This document shows, piece after piece, positions 50,118 to 59,597 of a stretch of 64,000 bases of DNA. The stretch spans positions 202,203 through 266,202 of the forward strand of contig JASFQK010000001.1 in the NCBI GenBank assembly GCA_050115495.1, read 5' to 3'. The translations under genes and the position numbers were made by a program. The first letter of the stretch is position 1; every line of letters starts with the position of its first letter. The DNA comes from Phycisphaerae bacterium. Lineage in GTDB: Bacteria; Planctomycetota; Phycisphaerae; UBA1845; Fen-1342. The notes beneath the pieces were generated by a model, which was given only the letters and a program-made list of their open reading frames with translations, made no database searches and had not been told where the DNA came from.

Positions 50118-50491
50118 CTCCGCATCCTTCCAGACAAAGGCGATTCCGGACGGGTCTCGTCCAGCCGCCCGCGCTTCTCACCCTGCTCCGTAAGCACCAG
50201 GGTTTCTCCCGCTTCCGGTTGTTCCGCGCGCAGGGACCGGGCGCACAGCGCCGCGAGCGCCTGTCGAGCGAAAACCAGGCTCCGTTCACACTGATTCGGG
50301 CGGGCCGGCTCCACGCCGCCGACTCGCTCCCCAACACCCGCCCGCCGACGGGCACGCCACCCGGCCGGCGAACTGGATTGGTATCCGAATATTACCCTAA
50401 CTTTTGGGCGGGGTCAAATGAAAATACGGGGACGTGCCGGCGGCGGCGTCACGGATGGTGTGGCCCGGCCTGAAGGGTGGGACCGCGGGGC

Positions 50492-50755
50492 TCAGACCGT
50501 CTTGCGGAACTTGCCGCCGCCCTCGTTGACGAGCTTGGTGAAGCCTTTTTCTTTGAGGTTGCGATCGCTGAGCATCGAGCGTTCCGACTGTGTGGTCGAC
50601 ACGCTGCACAGCGAAATCACCCGTTGCACCGGCCGGCCGCAATCCGGGCAGTGCTGGAGTGGCTCGTCGCGCATGGACTGGCGGACCTCGAATCGTCCGC
50701 GACACGTGGCACAGCCCTGGTCGGGCTCAACGGCCTGGTACTCATACGTCGGCAT
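50492..50755 (-). CDS. FmdB-family zinc ribbon protein
   Basis: MPTYEY...CATC...FEVRQSM...CPDCG. Confidence 0.9.
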   Translation of the reverse strand: MPTYEYQAVEPDQGCATCRGRFEVRQSMRDEPLQHCPDCGRPVQRVISLCSVSTTQSERSMLSDRNLKEKGFTKLVNEGGGKFRKTV

Positions 50756-51008
50756 GATCGGCTCTCACGCTCCTCGCAGAATGACGGCGGTCTGCCATGG
50801 TGATTATACGACAGCCCGCCGCGGGCGAGGCCGCGCCGGCCCTATAACCACCCTGCCGGCGTGGTACGGGTGAGCTCTGAGCCTCCACGTCGGCGGCGCT
50901 CGTGCCAGCTTGCGGCTGTGCCGAAGAATGGGGTAGAATAACCGTTTGCCGGCCCCGCTCGGCGACCGCCCGGATCGTGGGCGGGTGTCTTGCGGGCGGG
51001 CGAATGCT

Positions 51009-51082
51009 GGTGGCGTGCCCGAGTGGTCTAAGGGAGCGGATTGCAAATCCGTTTGTCATGGGTTCGAATCCCATCGCCACCT
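51009..51082 (+). tRNA. tRNA-Cys(GCA)
   Basis: GGTGGCG/CGCCACC acceptor stem, GCGGA-TTGCAAA-TCCGT anticodon arm, T arm, U73 discriminator. Confidence 0.96.
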
Positions 51083-51548
51083 TTCCCCCCTTCTAACGCA
51101 TTGTTCCGCACAGCTTCGCGCCCGTTCGCTGCGAATCGCGCTCCAACTGTCGGGGAAACAGGCGGGAGGCGGTGCTTCGGCGCGGGCATTCTCGGTGCTG
51201 GTTGCCCGCGAAGGTTCCTGGCTGGGAGCGAGCGGCCTCAGGCTCGGCAGCCCGTCCGGCGCGGCCGTCCAGTCATCGATCGGTACGTCGGCTACACGAC
51301 TCCACTCTCGCGTGTTCGTCTGGTCCTGCCTCCCTCCGGACGGTACGTCCGGTATGGATCAGGCGGGGCGACTCGCGAACATGCATCAACGGGCAGGTCA
51401 ACCTGAACTTGAGGGGTCGCGGCAGCGCAGCACGCCGCGCCGCGCTACACGCGCACGCCACGACTGACGATTGCGTCACGACGGACGCGCTGCCGATATC
51501 CGTTCGCGACCGGGGATTTCCCCCGAAAGCAGGCGGGTCATTGCGCAT

Positions 51549-51564
51549 TGGCACACACAATGCT
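51549..51564 (+). promoter_or_regulatory. Sigma-54 (-24/-12) promoter
   Basis: TGGCACACACAATGCT has exact GG-N10-GC spacing, about 120 nt upstream of the PEP-CTERM-like gene. Confidence 0.65.
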
Positions 51565-51683
51565 TGTGATTCCCGCAATGGGTCGTGCCCCCTGCCTGCA
51601 AACGACGGGTCGGCGTTAATTGAACGCCCGCAGGGAGCGACAAGCTGTTGTTCGCTTGTGCAGAGCACCTTGGGAGATGCGGG

Positions 51684-52247
51684 ATGCATACAATCAAGAC
51701 CACATATCTGGCTGCGCTGGGTTCCTGTATGGTGTTGCTTCTGGCCGTACCGGCATCGGGTCACGACTACTCGCTCTACGACATCAGCTTCAGCGATTTC
51801 ACGCCACAGGACTTCGTGCATGAGGATGCCGATTTGTGGGCCGGCTGGCTCAATCTCACGGTGACCAACAGCGGCAACCAGCCATGGGGCGGTTTTCACT
51901 TCGAGATCTACGACCCCATCGGCGACCAGGATATCTCCAACATCCACTGGATCGACGACCCCAGCGTGCCATACAGCACCCAGGATCCGCTGACGTGGAC
52001 GATCGACAACGATGTGGTGGGCCCCAGCATCGATCTCCTCTACCTGGCTGATCCGGTGCAACTCGGCGAGACCGTCGAGTTTCATGTATTCAACGTCAAC
52101 CCGGACCAGGTTCCCTTCTTCGGCGTCTCGCTTTGCCCGACACCGGTTCCGGAAACGGGGACGCTCGGGATGTTGACCTTGGCGACCCTGGTGGTCGCTG
52201 TCGCCGCCAGGCGCTTCGCGTTGCCGCAGAGCCGCTCTTGCCACTAG
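51684..52247 (+). CDS. PEP-CTERM-like sorted surface protein
   Basis: Signal peptide, acidic beta-rich domain, C-terminal VPETG-hydrophobic-RR. Confidence 0.8.
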   Translation: MHTIKTTYLAALGSCMVLLLAVPASGHDYSLYDISFSDFTPQDFVHEDADLWAGWLNLTVTNSGNQPWGGFHFEIYDPIGDQDISNIHWIDDPSVPYSTQDPLTWTIDNDVVGPSIDLLYLADPVQLGETVEFHVFNVNPDQVPFFGVSLCPTPVPETGTLGMLTLATLVVAVAARRFALPQSRSCH

Positions 52248-52519
52248 CGGCCCGCCGTCTGGTCGGTTGGTTGGCTGCGTGCGTCGGGCATGATGCGCAG
52301 CACCACACCTGACGCGGGCAGCCGGTCAGCGAACGCGAGCCGGGAAGCCACTGGCTGGCGGAAAGTCGGGCTGAAAGGCTCGGGCAATGCTGGCCCCGCT
52401 GTTACGACCCGTCGCCGGTCGGCGTCCGCGGGGCAATCGGGGTGCAACTCGCGGGGGAGCAGGCGGGGGTGGCGGGTGAGCCGCCGTAACTCTCGGTGGC
52501 TGAGGTATTTGTGGAATCG

Positions 52520-52582
52520 GCGAGTGGATTGCACATTCGCTTATCATGGATTTGGGTCCCATCGCCACTTTTCCCTTTTCTG
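52520..52582 (+). repeat. Degenerate copy of the tRNA-Cys 3' half (att-like)
   Basis: gcgagtggattgcacattcgcttatcatggatttgggtcccatcgccacttttccc aligns ungapped to gggagcggattgcaaatccgtttgtcatgggttcgaatcccatcgccacctttccc. Confidence 0.85.
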
Positions 52583-52642
52583 ATCCGCCATCCCCGCCTG
52601 GCATCCCCCGAATCCGACCGCGTCCTGTAGGATAGCGGGCGG

Positions 52643-53617
52643 ATGTCTGCGTCGTACTGGGTGCAACTGGTGATCTGGTTACTGGCCGGCGCGGGGGGGC
52701 TTCTGCTCGTCCGTTTCGGTTGGCGACGGCGCGTGCGCAGCGCGTCGCTGTTCTGCCAGCGGTGCGGCTACGACCTGCGCGGCACCGATTCGCCGCGATG
52801 CTCGGAATGCGGCGCCGACCTGACCAAGCCGGGCGCGGCGGCGATGTACCGGCGAAAGCGGGCGATCCTCGTATGCCTGTTCGGCACCGTCGTCGCTGTC
52901 GGCGCGTGGGGTGTCGTCCTGATGAACCTCTTCGCCGGCCCGGGGCCATCGTATTGGATCGGTATCGTGCCGACGTCGATCCTCCTGCACCTGAAGCAGG
53001 GCTACCTGTCGCGGGACGCGAAGTGGGAGTTGATTCGTCGATTCGAAGCGGGAGAACTGGATTCGGAGACAGAGCGCACCATGCTCACACCCGCGCTCGA
53101 CGAACTGGAGCGCAGCACGTTTACGGTCGCCATGGAGCCGCTCGCAATGGTCGAGGCGGCGTTGGCGCGTGGCGTGGATGACCCGGCCGTGGCGGCACGA
53201 ATCACCGAGGCCGCGTGCATACTGGCGTGCAGCTCCGCGAATGCCGCGTCGGCGGACGGGACGGTGCGGCTGTGTGTGACGCTGTGCGCGAGGTGGGGCA
53301 TTCCGGGGCAGACGTACGAGTTGGAGAACGTGTCCATCGTGTGGCATGGGCGGGAGCTATGTCACGCGCGGGATATCAGTCGGCTCCAGCCCATGTTTGA
53401 CTGCGGAAGCGTACAGAGTACGCTCGAGTTCCCGGCTAGCCACGAGCTGCGCACAGCGCTTGCGGACGCAACATCGAGACCGGTCCTGCGCGCGGATCTG
53501 CGGCTCGTGCCCACGCAGCGCTGGTGGGACGAACCAGCGGCGGACAGCAGGCCAAGCGAGGAGCGCCCGCCGGTTCATCGCTGGCACGTGGAGACGGTCA
53601 TACCGTTGGCGCCTTGA
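52643..53617 (+). CDS. Membrane protein with a CxxCGYDL...CxECG zinc ribbon between two TMs
   Basis: TM-CQRCGYDLRGTDSPRCSECG-TM. Confidence 0.8.
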   Translation: MSASYWVQLVIWLLAGAGGLLLVRFGWRRRVRSASLFCQRCGYDLRGTDSPRCSECGADLTKPGAAAMYRRKRAILVCLFGTVVAVGAWGVVLMNLFAGPGPSYWIGIVPTSILLHLKQGYLSRDAKWELIRRFEAGELDSETERTMLTPALDELERSTFTVAMEPLAMVEAALARGVDDPAVAARITEAACILACSSANAASADGTVRLCVTLCARWGIPGQTYELENVSIVWHGRELCHARDISRLQPMFDCGSVQSTLEFPASHELRTALADATSRPVLRADLRLVPTQRWWDEPAADSRPSEERPPVHRWHVETVIPLAP

Positions 53618-53727
53618 TGTGTTCGTAGGACGATGGGGAATAATGGGGCCCAGACCGCGCCGCTGCCTTCCGCCAGCGCCATCGGTCGTCGAGTACCCGG
53701 ATGGCCTGCACGGATTTGGATCGAGCA

Positions 53728-54297
53728 ATGCCGGAGAGATCTGACAGCAAGCTGCCGTACGCAGTACAGCCGCCTGGCGGAGGCCGCAAGGCGCGGTTGC
53801 TCTTGTTGATCTCCGCATTTGCTCTTCCAGTGTTGTTTCTTGTGGTGTGCACGTGCGTCCGTGGCACGTCTGAGGTCTGCTGCCTGACGGGGGCGCTGCG
53901 GCAGCGGGTCGTCTTTCGGTTGCCGGGTAGCGCGGAGGGCCTGACCATCTGGTCGCGCGGAACAGACACTCCTGTGAGCAGAGTGTTGGCGCGGCGAGGA
54001 GCCGCTGGTCAGGGTGCGCATGCCTGGAGGAGCATCATGTGCACCGGCGTCATGCGCGTGCGTGAGGACTGTGAGTCCGGTCTGGTCGCCGACTTCATCG
54101 CTGCGCTCGATCGCTATGCCCCGGACTCATCAATGGTGTGGTCGTCACGTGTGCTGGACCCGAGGGCAGTACTGCGCGTGCGATGCCTGTTGGAGGTCAC
54201 GCAGTTCGAACCGGCGACCGCGGCCACCAGGGAGTCGTTCGAGGCCTGGTGGAGTGAGGCGGAGAAGTTGATGGGGTCTTACTACGAGGACCCTTAG
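53728..54297 (+). CDS. Hypothetical membrane-anchored protein
   Basis: One TM; co-oriented with neighbours. Confidence 0.55.
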   Translation: MPERSDSKLPYAVQPPGGGRKARLLLLISAFALPVLFLVVCTCVRGTSEVCCLTGALRQRVVFRLPGSAEGLTIWSRGTDTPVSRVLARRGAAGQGAHAWRSIMCTGVMRVREDCESGLVADFIAALDRYAPDSSMVWSSRVLDPRAVLRVRCLLEVTQFEPATAATRESFEAWWSEAEKLMGSYYEDP

Positions 54298-54448
54298 GCA
54301 GGAGGGGTCGGGCTTTCGAGTACACGTGAACGCGACGAGGCGGGCGGCGTAGAATAGGGTGCGGGAGCGGAAGACGCCGTTGGCCCGGCGGGCGGTCCGC
54401 CGGTGGTAGGTGGCGCGGGGGCGGCGGGTGCGAGGGAGTGTACCTGCG

Positions 54449-55120
54449 ATGACAACGAGCACATCCGATATCGTGTCGCCGGCTCGACGGGGGCCGGGCG
54501 CGTCACGGTCACTTGTTCTCGTGTCAGTGCTGATCACGGGCGCCGTTGTCGGTTTCCTATTGCGTCGCTTCATCTATGGCATCATTCCCGGCGTGGCGAT
54601 TGCGGCGGTTTCGTTCGGTGTGATGGCGTTGCTGTGCCGAGCCGGCGGCCGGTGGCTGCCGTCGCTGAAGCGCCGGGAGCTGGCCGTGTTGCTGGTCGGG
54701 GCGCATCTGCTGGCGGCGGGTGTGGCGTTGCTGCTGCTCCGTCCGCCGTCCGCCGAGCGGATCATCCGCCAGTACGTTACGGACGCTCCGCTCCAGGTGA
54801 GCGACGCCCGCTCGTTCTGCGTGTGGGCGCGCGATCCGGTCTACTGCGTGCGGTTGCGCACGGATGACGCCGGCTTCCGGGCGATTCTGGCCGCGATAAA
54901 CGGGAATCAGGACCCGCCCCCGCTGCCGGCGGAAGCTGGCCGCGGGCCGTACTACCGCGGTCCCCTGGCGCCGCCGACGAACAACGTCCCCGAGTGGTGG
55001 ACGCCCGAGCAGATCTCCGACGCGTCCACTTGGCGGGGCAAATCGCCGAACCGCCAGCCCGTTCGCGTCAAATACGACCCAGCCACCGGCGTGCTGTACG
55101 TTCAAGTGCTGTTCTTGTGA
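54449..55120 (+). CDS. Hypothetical membrane protein (3 TMs plus a soluble domain)
   Basis: Hydrophobic N-terminal half; ...VPEWWTP...YDPATGVLYVQ. Confidence 0.65.
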   Translation: MTTSTSDIVSPARRGPGASRSLVLVSVLITGAVVGFLLRRFIYGIIPGVAIAAVSFGVMALLCRAGGRWLPSLKRRELAVLLVGAHLLAAGVALLLLRPPSAERIIRQYVTDAPLQVSDARSFCVWARDPVYCVRLRTDDAGFRAILAAINGNQDPPPLPAEAGRGPYYRGPLAPPTNNVPEWWTPEQISDASTWRGKSPNRQPVRVKYDPATGVLYVQVLFL

Positions 55121-55229
55121 CGTTCCGCCGCGGCGGCCCACCCGTCAGAAGGCGTGACGCGGTCGCAGTGTGTCACGTTGTTGAGCCGCGTATGGCATGG
55201 GCATGCGGTGAAGACGCTCGGTTGTCTTC

Positions 55230-56627
55230 CTACGTTCCCCAAGCGGATACCGCATTCCGCAGTCGCTCGTACATCCTCGTCTCTGTTTCACTGTCGTCGA
55301 TGACGTAGAGCCGAAGAAGCGAGAGATCGAAGTCGTCCAGCAATCTCACAACGCTTTCGTCCACGTCCACCAGCGGACGCGATGCCATGCCACCTTCTTC
55401 GATGACCCGAAGCAACTCGCTGTTCTGTTCTCCACCATCATCGATGAGGTGCTTCTCCACGGACAACGGTCGCGTTCTGGAGAAAATGAAGCGATCAAGT
55501 GCTACACGGTGGCTCTCTGCCAACTTCCTCAGTTGCGCGCGGCACGCCACTTCAAACCGCGCCGCCACGGGGTCGGTTGTGCCCGTCTTGTGCAAGGAGA
55601 CGATCTCGCGGAGTCGGCGCGGCGGGCGCCGCTCGCGGAGCGCACGTGCCGTCATTGATACCATGGGGTCAGGATCGTCCACTGCTTCCAGCATTAGACG
55701 ATCGAGGAACGAGTCGGTGAAGCTCTTGAAGCCGTCGCCGACCACACATGCCTCAACTTCCCGGCCGTCCGCGGGAAGGTCGTATCGCTTCGGATCACGG
55801 TCCCGAATGCGTCGGATGAGGTGGCGGGCGGCTTCTTCGAAGCCGTGTACGGTCCTGTGGTGGTAGACGGCGCGGTGCATGCAGTAGCGTGCGAAGAGGT
55901 AGTGCTCCGCCGCCGGAAGCGCTTTGGTCGAGATCCCTACGACTCCGTCCTTGCTTACACGAAAGGAATTCAGGAGGTAATTCAGGTCGATTTCGCCATA
56001 CGGCACGCCGGCGGCGCGCGCGTCTCGGAGCAGGTAGTCGAGCCGATCCATATCCAAACTGCTGCTGACGAACTTGCTCAGTTGCGGATCGGCGGCGCCG
56101 CCGCGGCTGAACAAGTCGGCGACCCTCGCCGCCTCCTCTTCGCCACCGATTTCCTCGATAAGGTCCTGCTGGTGCTTCACGGCGAGTTCGCCGCACCGAA
56201 CGTGCTGGGGATACGGCGGCGGGGACGAAAACACCTGTTTGGCTGCGTCAACGCCGTCGACGAATTGCTCGGCGAGCACTACTTTGTCGATCCCCTCCAT
56301 CAGGTGTGAGTATGGATAGTGGCCCACATCGTGCAGCAGCGCCGCGAGTCGTAGACGCTGTTGGGTGTCCCTGTCGAGCGGGAGTCCGAAGCTGTCCGCA
56401 ACCTGGAGGATTCGCTGCATAATCCGCAACGCGCCGATGCTGTGAGAGAAGCGCGTGTGCGTGGCGTTCGGATACACGAGGTGCGCCATGCCAAGCTGCT
56501 TGATGTAGCGCAGCCGCTGAAAAGACGCAGTATCCACAATGCGCCATTCTTGCGGAGTCAGTTCAATATCGCCGTGAATTGAATCGACGACGATTCGCCG
56601 ATGTTCGCTACGCGGGCAGCACTTCAT
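55230..56627 (-). CDS. HD-domain dNTP triphosphohydrolase-like protein (SAMHD1/YwfO-like)
   Basis: DSIHG, FQRLRYIKQLG, YPNATHTRFSHSIG, LLHDVGHYPYSH, DMDRLDYLLRD, VYHH. Confidence 0.92.
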   Translation of the reverse strand: MKCCPRSEHRRIVVDSIHGDIELTPQEWRIVDTASFQRLRYIKQLGMAHLVYPNATHTRFSHSIGALRIMQRILQVADSFGLPLDRDTQQRLRLAALLHDVGHYPYSHLMEGIDKVVLAEQFVDGVDAAKQVFSSPPPYPQHVRCGELAVKHQQDLIEEIGGEEEAARVADLFSRGGAADPQLSKFVSSSLDMDRLDYLLRDARAAGVPYGEIDLNYLLNSFRVSKDGVVGISTKALPAAEHYLFARYCMHRAVYHHRTVHGFEEAARHLIRRIRDRDPKRYDLPADGREVEACVVGDGFKSFTDSFLDRLMLEAVDDPDPMVSMTARALRERRPPRRLREIVSLHKTGTTDPVAARFEVACRAQLRKLAESHRVALDRFIFSRTRPLSVEKHLIDDGGEQNSELLRVIEEGGMASRPLVDVDESVVRLLDDFDLSLLRLYVIDDSETETRMYERLRNAVSAWGT

Positions 56628-57102
56628 GGCGACGGAGCTCGGTTAGCGCCTCAGCCACCTCTTCTTCTGAGTAGTCCTTGTTGTATTTCCTCAATAGCCC
56701 TGTGATCGGCTTCGCGTCAGCGCGAGGGACCTGCCGACGGTCAACAAGAAAATGCACCGACGCCAGCAATTCCAGTTTGCGAGCTCTATCGGGAGTGCCT
56801 CGGGCGGGGATCAGCTTCCTGGCTTTGTCGAGCCGCTGCAACGCGGCATCGTCGAACACCCACCTGGAAGACTCGTCTAAGCCGCCGTCGACGTCGGCCT
56901 TGATGCTGAACGCATCGCGCGTGAGTTCGGGGGAGTATGGACCGCGCAAGTACCATCGGAAGTAGTAGCCGCAGTCGCTGCCCGCCGCGGCTGCCAGGTA
57001 GGTCGACTTCTGGATGGTCAAGCGGCCGTCGAAAGTGCCGAGGTCCAGCGGGACATCGAGCGCATCCAACGTGAGTTTCGTGCCCAGTTGTTGTCGGTTC
57101 AT
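56608..57102 (-). CDS. YwgA-like / antitoxin-like helical protein
   Basis: RLTIQKSTYL, YYFRWYLRGPYSPEL, LELLASVHF; overlaps the HD gene start. Confidence 0.8.
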   Translation of the reverse strand: MNRQQLGTKLTLDALDVPLDLGTFDGRLTIQKSTYLAAAAGSDCGYYFRWYLRGPYSPELTRDAFSIKADVDGGLDESSRWVFDDAALQRLDKARKLIPARGTPDRARKLELLASVHFLVDRRQVPRADAKPITGLLRKYNKDYSEEEVAEALTELRRHEVLPA

Positions 57103-57132
57103 CCTTGGCCCCTTTTTCGTATTTCGTTAGGT

Positions 57133-57161
57133 ATTATAGCTGCGGGCGCCTGGGCGGTCAA
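57133..57161 (-). promoter_or_regulatory. Near-consensus sigma-70 promoter of the YwgA-like/HD operon
   Basis: Minus strand TTGACC-N17-TATAAT, 30 nt upstream of the ATG. Confidence 0.8.
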
Positions 57162-57232
57162 TGGGCCGTGGCCGAGCCAGAAGAGGGCAGGAAACGTGCG
57201 CCGGCGGGCGACGTCGATGTCCCACACTCCCC

Positions 57233-57814
57233 TCACCGCTGCCGCCGCTGGTACGTGCCGATGGTCTCGCCTTCCGCCAGGATGCGGCCCTTCATCTTCT
57301 CCAGCAGATCATCCTTGCTAAGCCCTTCGGGCAGGTCGAGGGCGGCGTCGAGGGCGTAGAGGCGGAAGTGGTAGTGGTGGATGCCATGGCCCGGCGGCGG
57401 GGCGGGACCGCGGTAGCCGATTGTGCCCCAGCTATTCTTGCCCTGGAGGGCGCCCGCCGGCTCGGCGAGCTTCGACTTGCCGGGAACGCTTTCGGGCAGG
57501 CCGGTCAGCGTCGGGGGCAAGCGATAAATGACCCAGTGCACCCACGGTTCCGGGCGCGGGGCGTCGGGATCATCGCAGATGAGGGCCAGGGCCTTGGTCT
57601 GCTCCGGAACGCCGGTCCAGGCCAGCGGCGGCGAGACATCCTGGCCGTCGCCCGTGTGGCGGATGGGAATGGTCTCGCCGGCGGCGAAGGCCGAGCTGGT
57701 GACGGTGATGGACATGGGCGGTCCTCCGGTCTGGGCGGCCTGGTCGGGTGTCGTGGCGGGCCGGGCGCCGGGACTGCAACTCGCCACGAGCAGCAATGCT
57801 GGCAGGACAAGCAT
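57233..57814 (-). CDS. YbhB/YbcL (PEBP) family protein, probable lipoprotein; start may be 57901
   Basis: SPPLAW, DDPDAP, WVHW, YRGPAPPPGHGIHHYHF; LVAS-C lipobox. Confidence 0.92.
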   Translation of the reverse strand: MLVLPALLLVASCSPGARPATTPDQAAQTGGPPMSITVTSSAFAAGETIPIRHTGDGQDVSPPLAWTGVPEQTKALALICDDPDAPRPEPWVHWVIYRLPPTLTGLPESVPGKSKLAEPAGALQGKNSWGTIGYRGPAPPPGHGIHHYHFRLYALDAALDLPEGLSKDDLLEKMKGRILAEGETIGTYQRRQR

Positions 57815-57821
57815 TCGCGAG

Positions 57822-57849
57822 CACCGGTGGGCAAGCCACCAGCGGCACC
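57822..57849 (+). repeat. Palindromic repeat, copy 5 (degenerate)
   Basis: CACCGGTGGGCAAGCCACCAGCGGCACC. Confidence 0.8.
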
Positions 57850-58121
57850 TACAGGTCGCCGCGCGCCGAATGTGCCGGATTGAAGCAGAATGCTGAGACA
57901 TGGCGGTTTTTCGCATGAGGCCAGCAGTACGACAACCATGGTATCTTACGGCGGCCGGGCGTGGCAACGGGGCGCTGCGCGAGAGCAGGAGATCAGGCAA
58001 GGAAGACATGCCGGCGCCTTAGAGCTTCGGCATGCCACACTCCGAGGACGGCCGGCACGGAGACCGGCCGCTACAAGACGTCCGCTACGGAGCCCGGAGG
58101 CTACGGGCCGGAGGGTTTGGC

Positions 58122-59129
58122 ATGCAGGCGATGGTGCTGGAGAAGCTGGGGCCGATCGAGACGTCGCCGCTACGGCTGCAGGAGCGACCGGACCCGCAGC
58201 CGGCGGCGGGCGAGGTGCGGCTGCGCGTACGCTGCTGCGCGGTGTGTCGGACGGACCTGCACGTGGTCGAGGGTGACCTGCCGCGGCACACGCTGCCGAT
58301 CGTGCCCGGGCACCAGATCGTCGGCGTCGTGGACGCGCTCGGCCCTGGCTGCCAGCGGCTGCGCATCGGTCAACGCGTCGGCGTGGCCTGGTTGCGGCAC
58401 ACGTGCGGCACATGCGGGTTCTGTCGGCGGGGGCAGGAGAACCTCTGCGAAACGGCGCGGTTTACCGTCTATCACGCCGACGGCGGCTACGCGGAGTTGG
58501 CGGTCGTGCCGGAGGATTTCGCGTATGAGATCCCCGACGTGTTCGCCGACGCCGAAGCGACGCCGCTGTTGTGTGCGGGGATCATCGGTTATCGAGCATT
58601 GAAGCGCTGTCAACTACCGCGTGGCGGCCGGCTGGCGCTGTACGGGTTCGGCTCATCGGCGCACGTGGTGATCCAGATCGCTCAACACCGCGGGTGCAGC
58701 GTCTACGTCGTCAGCCGCAGCGCGAACCACCAGGATCTCGCCCGGCGGATGGGGGCGGCCTGGGTCGGCCCGCGGGCCAGCGAGATGCCGGTGAAGGCGG
58801 ACAGCGCCATCATTTTCGCCCCGGCGGGTGAGCTGGTTCCGCCGGCGCTGGCGGCCCTGGAGAAAGGCGGCACGCTGGCTCTGGCCGGGATCTACATGAG
58901 CGATGTGCCGGTGCTGAACTACGAGCAGCACCTCTTCTACGAACGCGACGTGCACTCGGTGACGGCGAACACGCGCGAAGACGGCCGCGAATTGCTGGCC
59001 GAGGCGGCGGAGATTCCGATTCGCCCCGAGGTGACGATCTACCCGCTCACCGACGCCAACCGCGCGCTCCAGGATCTCAAGGCCGACCGCATCAACGGCA
59101 CCGGCGTCCTGCGCGTGGCGACGGATTAG
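58122..59129 (+). CDS. Zinc-dependent alcohol dehydrogenase family protein
   Basis: CRTDLH, PGHQIVG, CGTCGFC...ENLC, LCAG, GFG. Confidence 0.94.
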   Translation: MQAMVLEKLGPIETSPLRLQERPDPQPAAGEVRLRVRCCAVCRTDLHVVEGDLPRHTLPIVPGHQIVGVVDALGPGCQRLRIGQRVGVAWLRHTCGTCGFCRRGQENLCETARFTVYHADGGYAELAVVPEDFAYEIPDVFADAEATPLLCAGIIGYRALKRCQLPRGGRLALYGFGSSAHVVIQIAQHRGCSVYVVSRSANHQDLARRMGAAWVGPRASEMPVKADSAIIFAPAGELVPPALAALEKGGTLALAGIYMSDVPVLNYEQHLFYERDVHSVTANTREDGRELLAEAAEIPIRPEVTIYPLTDANRALQDLKADRINGTGVLRVATD

Positions 59130-59365
59130 GGCACACCAGCACCGCGCCCGTGTTGTCGCACGAGCCCGGGCCGTACTCCGTCGCCCAGCTCAGTACGATG
59201 CCGTAGTAGTTGTCGGTGGCCATGTTGCCGCTGATGGTGCAGTCGTCCGCAGCGCACAGATGGATGCCGGCCTCGGCCCAGCCGGCCCCGGTCACGGTGA
59301 AGCCGGTGAACTGCACGCCGTTCGCATAGATCGCCGCGCTCGCCTGCTCGTGTGGCACCTGCCAA
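59126..59365 (-). pseudogene. Fragment of a right-handed beta-helix (NosD/CASH-like) protein
   Basis: ANGVQFTGFTVTG...AGIHL..ADDCTISGN...NYYGIVL; too short, no clear start. Confidence 0.55.
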
Positions 59366-59597
59366 TGGCTAGTGATACACTCCGCCGCGGCGTAACCTCA
59401 CGATCCTCTCCCCACTCCCGCCCCACCATCTTCTGACTCCTGTCTCCTGACTCCCCTCTCCCGTCTTCCCTCCTCTTTCCTCCCCCCACAAACACGCTAC
59501 ACTACCCTTCGCCGAGCCGCGGGTCGGCAGGGCCTATCTTCCGGGACTTTCGTCATTCTGCTTCGACCACGCGGGGCGGTCTGAGGGCAGGTCTCTC

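Larger units (their letters stand above)
51083..52582. mobile_element. Decayed tRNA-Cys-integrated islet
   Basis: Bounded by the intact tRNA and a degenerate direct repeat of its 3' half plus flank. Confidence 0.65.

Noticed and set aside
52520..52582. Second tRNA gene
   Set aside because: Lacks the 5' acceptor and D arm and has a broken T loop; better explained as an att-like remnant
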